Assembly: GCF_006345805.1 (NCBI RefSeq)
Contig: NC_043000.1
Coordinates: 153,884,001 to 153,948,000 of the forward strand
DNA from: Octopus sinensis
Taxonomy: Eukaryota
Direction of reading: 5' to 3'
Length of the DNA stretch: 64,000 nucleotides
This document shows positions 41,397 through 53,637 of the stretch, piece after piece. The notes under the pieces were generated by a model. That model worked only from the letters and a program-made list of their open reading frames with translations, was not told where the DNA came from and made no database searches. Each line of letters starts with the position of its first letter. Position 1 is the first letter of the stretch. The position numbers and the translations under genes were made by a program.

Positions 41397-42026
41397 TACA
41401 TATATACTCAGACATATCCATACATGTGTATGTGTGTGTGTATATACGTGGGGGCAGTAACAAAGGTAATAAAATCCAAGAGTGTTTATAGGTTCAATAA
41501 TTTCGGGTGCCCTGGGGGAATTTTAAAAATCCTGCGTTACAGACAGGTCCCTTCAACGAAGGAAGCTTTAACTGCAAACTTATCCTGATGTTATAATGCC
41601 TTCTGACATTCGTAAAAGACCACACATTGTGTAGGATGGTACAATTGCAAATTAAAAAGCTTCCAATATTTCACTGGTTCTTATTTCATAGATGAAAGAT
41701 AAAAAGGAAACCACTGATTAATAAATTCAAAAGGTAATGATACATAACAAATTGCTGTAAGATATTTTGAAGGATGCCCTGCCATTTCTGATATCCAATA
41801 CGTTTGTGTAATTTTATAATAAACCACGTTTTTATTGTGTAGTTTTAATAAAAACAACTGAACGTTTATCTTCACTGTGTTATATGAATATACACACGCG
41901 AACACATATACACACCCACAATTCCGCACGAGTGTTCGCAGGCGCGCATGCTTAGATATGCGTGGGAGTAAAAAATGTGCGAACTCCCACGCACACAAAA
42001 CATAAGAATTTAGTAACTTCTCTTTT

Positions 42027-42246
42027 ACTCTTTTACTCTTTTACTTGTTTCAGTCATTTGACTGCGGCCATGCTGGAGCACCGCCTTTAATCGAGCAACT
42101 CGACCCCGGGACTTATTCTTTTGTAAGCCCAGTACTTATTCTATCGGTCTCTTTTGCCGAACCGCTAAGTAACGGGGACATAAACACACCAGCATCGGTT
42201 GTCAAGCAATGCTAGGGGGACAAATACAGACACACAAACACACACA

Positions 42247-42284
<38 letters not shown>

Positions 42285-42440
42285 TACAACGAGCTTCTTT
42301 CAGTTTCCGTCTACCAGATCCACTCACAAGGCTTTGGTCGGCCCGAGGCTATAGTAGAAGACATTTGCCCAAGGTGCCACGCAGTGGGACTGAACCCGGA
42401 ACCATGTGGTTGGTAAACAAGCTACTTACCACACAGCGAC
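42027..42440 (-). mobile_element. S1 SINE
   Basis: Reverse complement of the S1 structure. Confidence 0.9.
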
Positions 42441-43118
42441 TGATGCGCCTTCGAACATGAAATAATTCTTTTTTGATCTAGAAGTAAATAAATTTATAAC
42501 ATATAACAGATTTATATGCTATTATATAGCTTTATCTACTTCGAGTTCAAAAGTTAAAAAAAAGACTATATATTTTACATTATATGATAAGATTGTGACA
42601 AACATTTCAACTAACCTAAATTAAAAAATATTTTTGTTGTTTTTGTAAAATCTCAGGAAATAATTAAAAATTCACATTTTTTATCAAATTATTTTGTTAT
42701 ATTTGTCTATCGATCCTACTGTAAACATTTTAAATATTTCACTAACTTTTTGTTATAACTTGGTAAAAGGGTACATATTTTGCCAAAAATTGCCAAATAT
42801 ATACTTAAACACTGCTTTGCGCCTCTGCTCCGTTAATTAATTTCATCGGGCGATCAACTAGCACAAATCAGTCAACGGGTGGACTGCATTATATATAAAG
42901 CTATAGCTTTAATAAGTTCGTTCAGAGTTGACTCACTTAGGTACATCTCATTGACAAGAGTCAAAAATCTCGAAACATCGATGTCTGGGATTCTCGGGAG
43001 ATGGCGATACTGAACGTACGAACTGGGTGTTTTTTTTTCTCCGCTGTAACTGCAGTTTATTTACCTTTTGCAGTTGAAATATATGACAAACATATTTCAA
43101 CTAACCCAACTTCTGCTC

Positions 43119-43158
<40 letters not shown>

Positions 43159-43164
43159 ATATAT

Positions 43165-43577
43165 ATATTTATTTATTTATTGCCCACAGGGGGAGGGTAA
43201 ACATAGAAGGTACAAACAAAGAGATTAAGACGATTACATCGACCCCAGTGCGTAACTGGTACTTATTTAATCGACTCTGAAAGGATGAAAGGTAAAGTCA
43301 ACCCGGCGGAATTTGAACTCAGAACGTAACGGCAGACGAAATACCTATTTCTTTACTACCCACAAGGGGCTAAACACAGAGAGGACAAACAAGGACAGAC
43401 AAAGGGATTAAGTCGATTATATCGACCCCAGTGCGTAACTGGTATTTATTTAATCGACTTCGAAAGGATGAAAGGCAAAGTCGACCTCGGCAGAATTTGA
43501 ACTCAGAACGTAGCGGCAGACGAAATACCGGTAAGCATTTCGCCCGGCGTACTAACGTTTCTGCCATCTCGCCGCCC
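43165..43577 (-). mobile_element. S2 SINE: head plus two tandem units
   Basis: Unit 43346-43529 is 184 bp and ends AAAGAAATA. The terminal unit has an (AATA)n tail. Confidence 0.88.
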
Positions 43578-43625
43578 TTTTATTCATACACACACACACA
43601 CACACATACACGCACACACACACAC

Positions 43626-43704
<79 letters not shown>

Positions 43705-44362
43705 CACACACACACACACATACACGTATGTTATAGGATACGATCAAATATCTGCCTCCTTCAATAATGCGATCAGTAGTCAAATATCTGATACAGCGTG
43801 CTCAGCTTCATTGTCTCTAGATTCCGCAGAAATAGACTTTAAGACATTGATGTTTTTCACGAAGGTATTATTAGGGAGTAAAGAACGTAACAGTGACTGG
43901 GATTTGAAGCTGTTCAAGAGAGATTCGATACACAAGGAGCACACTACATACACATCATTTAATTTACACAGTATAAGGCTCAATCTTCAGAGGCTGAAAA
44001 TTGCTTGGAGACACAACGTGTGTTGTAAAACCTGCCTACATCCGTGTCTGCAAACTATGAGTAACTCGTACCTTATACTCTGCACAATGTGTGTGTGTGT
44101 GGCGATTGTAACCATATATGGATCGTTGACGATTTTCTTTCTTCATCTTCCTTTTCTCTTGGACTTGATTTTTATTTTTTTATTTTTATTAACTATTTAC
44201 CGCACGCTCACACGGACCCCCACCCAGCCTTCCAACTGACTTTGGAGTACCTAATTCGCTGAATTCTATTTTACCATCGGATTACATTATCTTGTTCATT
44301 TGAAATATGCCATTTCTGCACCTTGATTGTGAATCATGTGTGTGGGTGTACGCACGTGGGTT

Positions 44363-44400
<38 letters not shown>

Positions 44401-44424
44401 CGCGCGTGTATGTAAAGAAAGAGC

Positions 44425-44600
44425 AGACAAAGAAGCCGGGGCTATAGAAAATAGAAAATCTAACCCCAGAGCCTTCTACAAGTTTGTCAAAGAAACAGCC
44501 TCAGTGCACTGCAGGTTAGGGCCAGTCCTCGAAAAAGATGGTTCACTTACAGGAAACCCAGTGAGGATAAGTGAGCAATTTTCTTTTCTTTCCTTCACTG
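44425..44600 (+). pseudogene. CR1/L2-like ORF2 linker fragment
   Basis: AIENRKSNPRAFYKFVKE...GPVLEKDGSLTGNPVRISEQF. Confidence 0.6.
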
Positions 44601-45465
44601 AACGTCTGCTAATACTTTGCATGTACCACGTCCAAGCGTTGTTGTTTTTTTCTCATTGCGTTTCTCCGTTTTTTTTAATTAACTAAATATATAGTTTGTA
44701 TTTTTTTACATTTACATGTATATATAAGCGACGACGTACCCTTTTTGATCCTATACGTAAGTATATATTCTTTAACACATGGTACGACTCTACAACACTG
44801 TCTCTCTCCCCCCTCTCCTACATTTCTCTGCATTTCACACTTTGTACTCCACTTGATCTGTCTCTTTCTCTCTCTCTCTTCTCCTCCTCTTTTGTTCCTT
44901 GTTCCCCTTCTTTCTCTCTTCACCTGTCCCTCTTTTCCTCTCTCTTTCCCTGACGTGACTAGCCACCGATTGCTGGCCTTTCGTGTCCAGCAGCCGTTGC
45001 GGCAAGACACACTTTTTGTCTCTCTGTAGCCCTAAGGCTTTCTTCTAACGCCAGCTCAAAAATTTACTCGTCCTGTCGAAAAGACGCTTGTCTATGACGT
45101 CCTGATTTTGTTGTTATTATTATTATCATTATTGTTTTTACGTATTTTTGTATTCTTATTCGTGCTATCATTATTGTTTTTACGTATTTTGTATTTTTAT
45201 TCGTGTAACATCGTCCGTTTTTCCGTCCTTGTTTTCTATACATTCGAGGTTTTCTTCCAAGGAATCTAATGCGCTTGGCTTAGATTTTCCTTTGGAGCTG
45301 GCCAGATCGGAGCAATTTCAAGATTAATCAGCCGAAATTGCGAAGATGATCCGGTTCTTGACTGAAGATTGAAGGCTTCGAATGTCCCGTCCGTGTTTTT
45401 TGTATCGTCTTCTAAATGTTTCACGTTCTTATCCCAGTTTGTATTTTTTTACATTTACACACACG

Positions 45466-45511
<46 letters not shown>

Positions 45512-46406
45512 GCACACATGTTTATACTTATATATATATATATATAATATATATATATAATATATACATAAATACATATATACACTCACATGTATAGAAT
45601 TGATTTATATGTGTGTATGCTAAGAGTATGCGCGCGTGTGAACGTATACATCATATGGAAAGGAGATATAGATAGAGATGAAAGGAAGGAGACAAATGTG
45701 CATGTGTATGTGTGTGTATGAGTGCATTTATATGTGTGTGAGAGAGGAGAGAGAGAGAGAGAGAGAGAGAGCAAAATAGAGAAATATATGATAATGTAAA
45801 GAAAAAAACGAGGAGGAGGAGGTAAAAAAATGGTAGTTTCCATATCTACTCAATGCTGATTGCCAAATTAACTGTGTCTATTTCTCTCATGCCTTCTGCC
45901 CAATTACCGGCATTTTTTGACAGGGTACAAGACATATTAAGGAAATGTCAATGTGTCTGCTTAATATAGTCTACCATTATAATAGGCAGCCTTCGCTTTC
46001 GTAGCAGCTATTTAACACTTCCAAGCAACACATGTCTTGGGGCGATGAAACATTAAATGAAAAGGGTGAGACGTTTGTCTCTTATTTTATGCCGGTTTAA
46101 TGGAACTTGAGAAAGTTCCCACCATGAATGGGAGTTGCTTAAACATTGAAAGAAATATGTTTAGATTGTATTTTCCAATAGAATTTATTGATTTATTTGT
46201 TTGTATTTGTATTTGTATTTTCGTTTTGTTTTTCTATCTTTTCTTTTTTTATTTTTTGGTTAGACATGTTTCACTCTCGATTTTCCACATGTGGAAAAGA
46301 TATGTGTGCGTATATGTGTTTATGCACATGTGTGTGTATGTGTCTGCTAATGCACACACTCAAACACACACATCTATGCATATATACGTGCATATATATG
46401 TACATA

Positions 46407-46474
<68 letters not shown>

Positions 46475-47002
46475 TATATATACATACATACATACATACA
46501 TGCATACATACATACATACATACATACATACATACATACTACATACATACATACATACATACATACATACATACATACATACATGCATACAAGCATACAT
46601 GTATATGAGCACGTGTGTTTCAAAAGGCTTATTGAAAGCGCTCACACACTAGGACAAAAGCTTCTTCCAAAGAAGATTTTATAACATGTTTTTAAAAAAT
46701 ACATCCTATATACTTAAAAACTACACTAAGTAATTTTTCACAAAAATTGCCAAGTGTGTGTGTGTGCAAACGTATGTATGTATGTATGTATGTATGTATG
46801 TATGTATGTATGTATGTATGTATGTATGTATGTATGTATGTATGTGTGTATGCATGTATGTATGTACGTACGTGTGTCCAAAGTTGATATCAGAAATTCC
46901 GAAACCTAGAATTCTTCAAGAGGTGAAATATTTAAATGTTTTGATAGAAGCACCATATATAATATAAAGAAAACTCCCATAAGTGCTCGAAATTTTGCTT
47001 AC

Positions 47003-47230
47003 TCTTTTACTCTTTCTCTTGTTTCAATAATTTGACTGTGGCCATGCTGGAGCACCGCCTTTAGTCGAGCAAATCGACCCCAGGACTTATTCTTTGTAAG
47101 CCTAGTACTTATTCTATGGGTCTCTTTTGCCGAACCGCTAAGTTACGGGGACGTAAACACACCAGCATCGGTTGTCAAGCGATGTTGGGGAGACAAACCA
47201 AGACACACAAACACACGCACACACACATAT
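47003..47230 (-). mobile_element. S1 SINE 3' half
   Basis: S1 tail and body up to the internal microsatellite; the head is absent. Confidence 0.85.
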
Positions 47231-47246
47231 ATATATACACACACAC

Positions 47247-47299
<53 letters not shown>

Positions 47300-47319
47300 G
47301 TATATATATATATTATATA

Positions 47320-47363
<44 letters not shown>

Positions 47364-47480
47364 AAAGGAATTCCAACCTTGTCTGATTTTCACATTTTAT
47401 TTACAGTCTTATAATGATATAAGATAATATAATATAATAAAATAAAATAATATAATAGAATGTTAAATGTTCATTCTGAT

Positions 47481-47525
47481 TGAACTAGTACTTTCATGCA
47501 TTAAATTCTGCAATCTTCAGGTTCA
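47481..47525 (-). ncRNA. Minimal type I hammerhead ribozyme motif
   Basis: UGAAC-CUGAAGA-UUGCA gaauuuaa UGCAU-GAAA-GUAC-UA-GUUCA: 5-bp stem I, intact core, 4-bp stem II, palindromic AGUACU stem III. Confidence 0.7.
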
Positions 47526-47994
47526 TGTAGCAGTGGTGACAGTCATGCTTCACAATTTTTGACTGTAGCGAGATGATTAAATATGTGCCTTAAATACAGC
47601 TGTGTAGGCTCCAGATTGCTAGGTTTTGCAAACTGTATTCTGACCAATCAGTGTGTAGTATGACTCAATTACTTAAGCTGATTGGTTTAGGCGTCACGCT
47701 TTGTTGGACATGTCAAGTGTCCTGTATCTTAACCCTGGCCGAGGCAGCAATTGTTGGGCTATTTTTAGAAATGTTATAAATAACCTTTGTTAGGGATTTT
47801 TATATTTCAATTGTCATCATCATCATTGTCAGCACCTTAATTATTGTTGCTAGTGGTGATGGTGGTGGCAATAGAACTTTTAACCCTAAATAAGATAATT
47901 TTCCTGCTATCTTCATCTTGATCACCTTTAGTATTGTTGTTGTTGTTAGTGGTCATGGTCGTAGCAGTAGAAGTAGTACCTCTAAGTATTATTA

Positions 47995-48756
47995 TTATTG
48001 CTTATTTAGCTTGGGTTCAAATTTATCAATAAAATTATTTTCTCTGATTTTCCTCTCGATTTCACTTGGGCTGTGTAATTTGTAGAATGGAAATATTATA
48101 TATATTTTCCGACCACATGTTGCTAGGTGGTTACTCAAAGGTATCTGACGGACCTCTGGGTCTCTAATCTGTTGTCGGTGTACACGTGAGCGTTCTGATA
48201 GTGCATTTCCCGTCTGACCTACATATATTTCTTCACAATTTGGGCATTTGATGCAGTAAATTAAATTTCTGCTTTTGAAGTTCATATTTGCGTTTGTGAA
48301 TATTTTCCCAGTTTTTGTGTTCATATATTGGCCGGTATGTATGAATTGGCATGTGCCACATCGGCTATCGTTGCATTTAGATACAGTGAATGTTTGGTCT
48401 TTGTTGCTAAGGTGAAATTTTGCCTTTGTTAGTAATTTTTTCAAGTTTTTAGGCTGTCTTTTACTAAAGACGATAGCTCGATCCGTGATTATGTCTTTTA
48501 ATTCATTGCTTTGAGCAATGATTGGTAGGTTTGCTTTGGCAATGTTGAAGATATTCTGGTAACATGGGTTGTGTGTCACTATGAATGGCATGTCTTTTTC
48601 TTGTTTTCCTCTTCCTTGGGTTGTCCTAAGTTGTTGTATGGGTATTTTTATAGCCCGCTGTATGCCATTTTCTATAAGTAGAGATGGGTATTTTTGTTTC
48701 AGCAAAAATTCTCTTAGTTCTGTTGGGCGTTTGTTCCTGAACTTACTGATTAACAA
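47995..48756 (-). CDS. Penelope-like element C-terminal ORF (RT thumb, linker and GIY-YIG endonuclease), 5'-truncated
   Basis: PFIVTHNP, RQPKNLKKLL, KCNDSRCGTC, NLIYCIKCPNCEEIYVGQTG..SERSRVHRQQI, ENNFIDKFEPKLN. Confidence 0.9.
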   Translation of the reverse strand: MLISKFRNKRPTELREFLLKQKYPSLLIENGIQRAIKIPIQQLRTTQGRGKQEKDMPFIVTHNPCYQNIFNIAKANLPIIAQSNELKDIITDRAIVFSKRQPKNLKKLLTKAKFHLSNKDQTFTVSKCNDSRCGTCQFIHTGQYMNTKTGKIFTNANMNFKSRNLIYCIKCPNCEEIYVGQTGNALSERSRVHRQQIRDPEVRQIPLSNHLATCGRKIYIIFPFYKLHSPSEIERKIRENNFIDKFEPKLNKQ

Positions 48757-49045
48757 TACAATGCCATCCCACTCTGATTTTTAAACCTTTACCTGAATCC
48801 TTCCCACAATTATTTTCTTTTAACATTTTATTATTTGTCTTTTATTTTCATTTTTTTTCTTTCCCACAACACTCTTTCTTTTTCACTCTCTTCATCTCTA
48901 TATGTCAGACCTTTTCTCCCCCCTCTCGCCCTCTCCCACTCGTTGTTTATTTTCTTTCTGATGAGGGGCTAACGTTCGAAATGTTGAGGTACTCAATTTC
49001 CATTATAATATAAAGAAAATTCCCATAAGTGCTCGAAATTTTGCT

Positions 49046-49249
49046 TACTCTTTTACTCTTTCTCTTGTTTCAGTAATTTGACTGTGGCCATGCTGGAGCA
49101 CCGCCTTTAGTCGAGCAAATCGATCACGGGACTTATTCTTTGTAAGCCCAGTACTTATTATATCGGTCTTTTTTTACCGAACCGCTAAGTGACGGGGACG
49201 TAAACACACCAGCATCGGTTGTCAAGCAATGCTAGGGGGACAAACACAG

Positions 49250-49308
<59 letters not shown>

Positions 49309-49490
49309 ATATAATATATACATATATACGACAGGCTTCTTTCAGTTCCGTTTACCAAATCCACTCACAAGGCATTGGTCGGCCTGGGCTATAGCAGAAG
49401 ACACTTGCCCAAGATGTCACGCAATGGGATTGAACCCGGAACCATGAGGTTGGTAAGCAAACTACTTACGACACAGCCACTCATGCGCCT
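49046..49490 (-). mobile_element. S1 SINE, full length
   Basis: Tail through head (ACACAGCCACTC at ~49472-49483). Confidence 0.9.
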
Positions 49491-49580
49491 AAATATATAT
49501 ATATATATATATAGTAGGTCCCGGTTGATCCGGGGTTAACACAGTAAGTAAGGTACTCAATACATAGCAAGTAAAATTAA

Positions 49581-49731
49581 TTTATTATATAGAAGGAGCT
49601 TCTACAGGACTAGTACTGTTTCATTCAGAGAAATCTTCAGGAAGCTCTTCAGGAAATCTTCAGGAAGCTTCCTGAAGATTTCTCTTGAAGAAACAGTACT
49701 AGTCCTGTAGAAGCTCCTTCTATATAATAAA
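49581..49731. repeat. Fold-back palindrome centred on AAGCTT (49666-49671)
   Basis: TTTATTATATAGAAGGAGCTTCTACAGGACTAGTACTGTTTC is mirrored at 49690-49731. The left arm has extra copies of CTTCAGGAA. Confidence 0.95.
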
Positions 49732-49758
49732 TAATATATATATTATATATATATATAT

Positions 49759-49805
<47 letters not shown>

Positions 49806-49832
49806 TACCCATACACAAATATATATACATAC

Positions 49833-50160
49833 GCATGGCTCAGTGGTTAGAGCGTCGAGCTTACGATCGTGAGGTTGTGAGCTCGAATCCCGGACCGGGC
49901 TGCGTGTGGGTTCTCGAGCAAGGCACTTTATTTCACGTTGCTCCAGTTCACTCAGCTGTAGAAATGAGTTGCGACGTCACTGGTGCCAAGCTGTATCGAC
50001 CTTTGTCTTTCCCTTGGATAACACTGGTGGCGTGAGAGGGGAGGCTGGTATGCATGGGCGACTGCTGGCCTTCCATAAACAACCTTGCCCGGACTTGTAT
50101 CTAGGAAGGTAACTTTCTAGGTGCAATCCCATGGTCATTCATGACCGAAGGGGATCTTAC
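49833..50160 (+). mobile_element. S3 SINE
   Basis: Collinear with 8644-8975. Confidence 0.85.
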
Positions 50161-50216
50161 CCTTTATATATAATATATATATATAAATATACCCATACAC
50201 AAATATATATACATAC

Positions 50217-50290
<74 letters not shown>

Positions 50291-51087
50291 AATTAATACA
50301 GGCATGGTAGGAAAAAATTCCAGTGAACAATAAAATCGCCTTACCTCTGCTATGTCAGCAAAAGTAATGCTGGTTAGTTTGATATCATGATTTAGAATTT
50401 AGCGCCAAACGGTACCTGAACAAATTGGAGTCGAGAAGAAGGAGTACGGTTGGACATTTATTTATTAACCGCTACAATTGTTTCTCCAAGAATATGGGCA
50501 TTTGATTATGTGACTGTTTGTTTGCATAATGAGATCCAGTTGTGTTTTCTCAGGCGATATACGAGTGTTGTCTCTGTTAGTTTAAAATCGTCGACTTCAA
50601 CACCATCTTCTCTTATGCAATCAAAGTTACATAATCAAATACCTGTATTCTTGCGGAACTACGTTGTGTCCAAAGAACTACGTTCTGTCCAACCGTACTC
50701 CTTAACTCCAGTTTCTTCAATTTTATATTCACACACGACGAATGCCCTTGGAAGTATGTAATAATACTACCGATAGCATTAGGTAAGTTTGAAGGTGGAT
50801 GCTATTAGTCGAAGAAGGCAACTGGACACATCTTCTTTGAGAACTGTTAAGCTACGAAATGGTTTATCAGTATGCTCTCATTCTATAATACGAGAATGAA
50901 AAATTAGCAACAGGAGCTACCGCACACTTAACCCTACCACATATAGAGGGTTCAGATGACAGATTGAGCTTTTGATTAACGAAATACGTCCCTTTCACAA
51001 TAAGAGAAAGAGCACACACCACGTTTAGGTCAGCTGAAAATTAGAGTAATGCACGATGTTTAGGCAGTAATTTGTAACTGCATGAAG

Positions 51088-51857
51088 GGCGGCGAGCTGG
51101 TTGGAACGTTAGCGCGCCGGGCGAAATGCATAGCGGTATTTCGTCTGCCGTTACGTTGTGAGTTCAAATTCCGCCGAGGTCGACTTTACCTTTCATCCTT
51201 TCGGGGTCGATAAATTAAATACCAGTTACGCACTGGGGTCGATGTAATCGATTTAATACCTATGTCTGTCCTTGTTTGTCCCTTCTATGTTTAGCCCCTT
51301 GTGGGTAATAAAGAAATAGGTATTTCGTCTGCCGTTACGTTCTCAGTTCAAATTCCGCCGAGGTCGATTTTGCCTTACATCCTTTCGGGGTCGATTAAAT
51401 AAGTACCAGTTATGCACTGGGGTCGATGTAATCGACTTAATCCGTTTGTCTGTCCTTGTTTGTCCTCTCCGTGTTTAGCCCCTTGTGGGTAGTAAAGAAA
51501 TAGGTATTTCGTCTGCCGCTACGTTCTGAGTTCGAATTCCGCCGAAGTTGACTTTGCCTTTCATCCTTTCGGGGTCGATTAAATAAGTACCAGTTACACA
51601 CTGGGGTCGATATAATCGACTTAATCCGTTTGTCTGTCCTTGTTTGTTCTCTCTGTGTTTAGCCCCTTGTGGGTAGTAAAGAAATAGGTATTTCCTCTGC
51701 CGTTACGTTCTGAGTTCAAATTCCGCTTGAGGTCGACTTTTCTTTTCATCTTTTCGGGTTCGATAAATTAAGTACCAGTTGCGTACTGGGGTCGATGTAA
51801 TCGACTGGCCCCCTCCCTAAAAATTTCGGGCATTGTGCCTAGAGTAGAAAAGAATTC
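51088..51857 (+). mobile_element. S2 SINE: head plus four tandem units, 11-bp TSD
   Basis: Units start at 51135, 51319, 51503 and 51687 (184-bp period). GTAACTGCATG at 51074-51084 and 51858-51868. Confidence 0.93.
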
Positions 51858-52554
51858 GTAACTGCATGTCGGAGGTGGTATAAATATTTTTGCTATTCCC
51901 CACCAAAAAGCTAGTTTTTGAAGTACTCTTGCTGTAGTTATTGACTGCAGCTGCAATTGGTTTGGTCCCGGCAGCAAGAGTGCATGTGGAACCGTTGTTA
52001 ACGGTGGTGGTGAAAGACACACAAAATATTGTTTTGGGTGGCACGCTGGAATGTTACCGATTTTCAGAATGGTGAAATGACATTTTATCCGGTAGTCTCA
52101 AGAGCAGTGGAAACACTAGTGGTGATGGCAAAGATGTAGTCATCGTTTTTGCTGTTCTTCCCTCTTTCCTTATTTTCCCTGTCATTATCGTTATCGCTGT
52201 TTTTATCATTGTTGTTGATGTCAATGTGGCTCTCCGTTGGGACAAGCAGGAATAGAAAATCCGTTTCAATGAAAACAATGAAATAGAAGCTATTATTGCT
52301 GCTGGGCCCATTATTATTATAGTTTATTTCTGTTGTTGTTATTACTACTGCTTCTGCTGCTGCTGCTGCTGCTACTGCATTTGCTGTTGCCGCTGAAAAT
52401 GTTGAGGTTTCTAGGGGTGATTGTGATACTGCTGTTGCTCTTGGGATGCTGTTGCTTCAAAATTACTCCGAAAAATTTCAGAGAAAATCTCATTTAATAG
52501 GCTAACGACCTCTGACGCATCGCAAGCACTTCCATCAGATCTATCACACAACGT

Positions 52555-52607
<53 letters not shown>

Positions 52608-52821
52608 TCTCTCTATTTCTCTCTCATTCTCTCTTCGAAAATATAACTATTGACATTTCTATACGATCAGCTTAACTGCTAAACAGCATACGGGTCAAAA
52701 TAACTGTGCATTCAAATCTCTGCCCTCTGAGTATGTTACGAACAAAACCAACAAACCACATTTTTAAACTAGTCCGAAAAAAAAATCTACGCATGCGATA
52801 TGTGCAGCTGGAAAATCTACT

Positions 52822-52859
52822 ATAATGATAATAATAACAATAATAATAATAATAATAAC

Positions 52860-52939
<80 letters not shown>

Positions 52940-52940
52940 G

Positions 52941-52991
<51 letters not shown>

Positions 52992-53043
52992 GTAATAGAA
53001 TAATAATATAATAAAAATAATACGATAATAAAATAGTAATGTA

Positions 53044-53076
<33 letters not shown>

Positions 53077-53134
53077 TGATGATGCTGATGAGGATGGTGA
53101 TGATGATGATGATGATGACGACGACGACGACAAC

Positions 53135-53179
<45 letters not shown>

Positions 53180-53219
53180 AGAGGAAAAGAAGAAGAAGAA
53201 GAAGAAGAAGAAGAAGAAG

Positions 53220-53260
<41 letters not shown>

Positions 53261-53262
53261 CG
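52822..53262. repeat. Compound trinucleotide microsatellite (AAT)(GAT)(GAC)(GAA)(CAA)
   Basis: Directly visible. Confidence 0.95.
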
Positions 53263-53637
53263 AACAAACCAATATCTGCAGAACATGCTCCTCGGAAGCA
53301 ATGATACAGCAAGGATCTTTTTATCGGGTATTTGGGATAAAGGGGGCTGGTTACGAAAATTAAAAAAGGGAAATGGAAAATAGCTCAAAACAAAATAATA
53401 CGAATATTCAAAACTGGAAGGAAAGAGATGCTTAAACATAACCAAATAGAAAAGCTCCCTGGACTAGATGTGATTGCAAAAAACAACCTTAAAAATAGGA
53501 GAAAGAAAAGAAGGAAAAGTCTGTAATTAAAGACCTGTGATATGTTTACCATTACACTCGAAATTAAGAATTAGCTTCATCGCTGGTAAAATGGGTGAAG
53601 AAAGAAGTGAAGAATTGCTGATCTGTGGTATCTCTTT

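Noticed and set aside
51135-51686. S2 units as circularised introns (GT...AG boundaries)
   Set aside because: The unit end is purine-rich with no polypyrimidine tract, and GGTAT-initial TSDs at solo copies explain the junction better.
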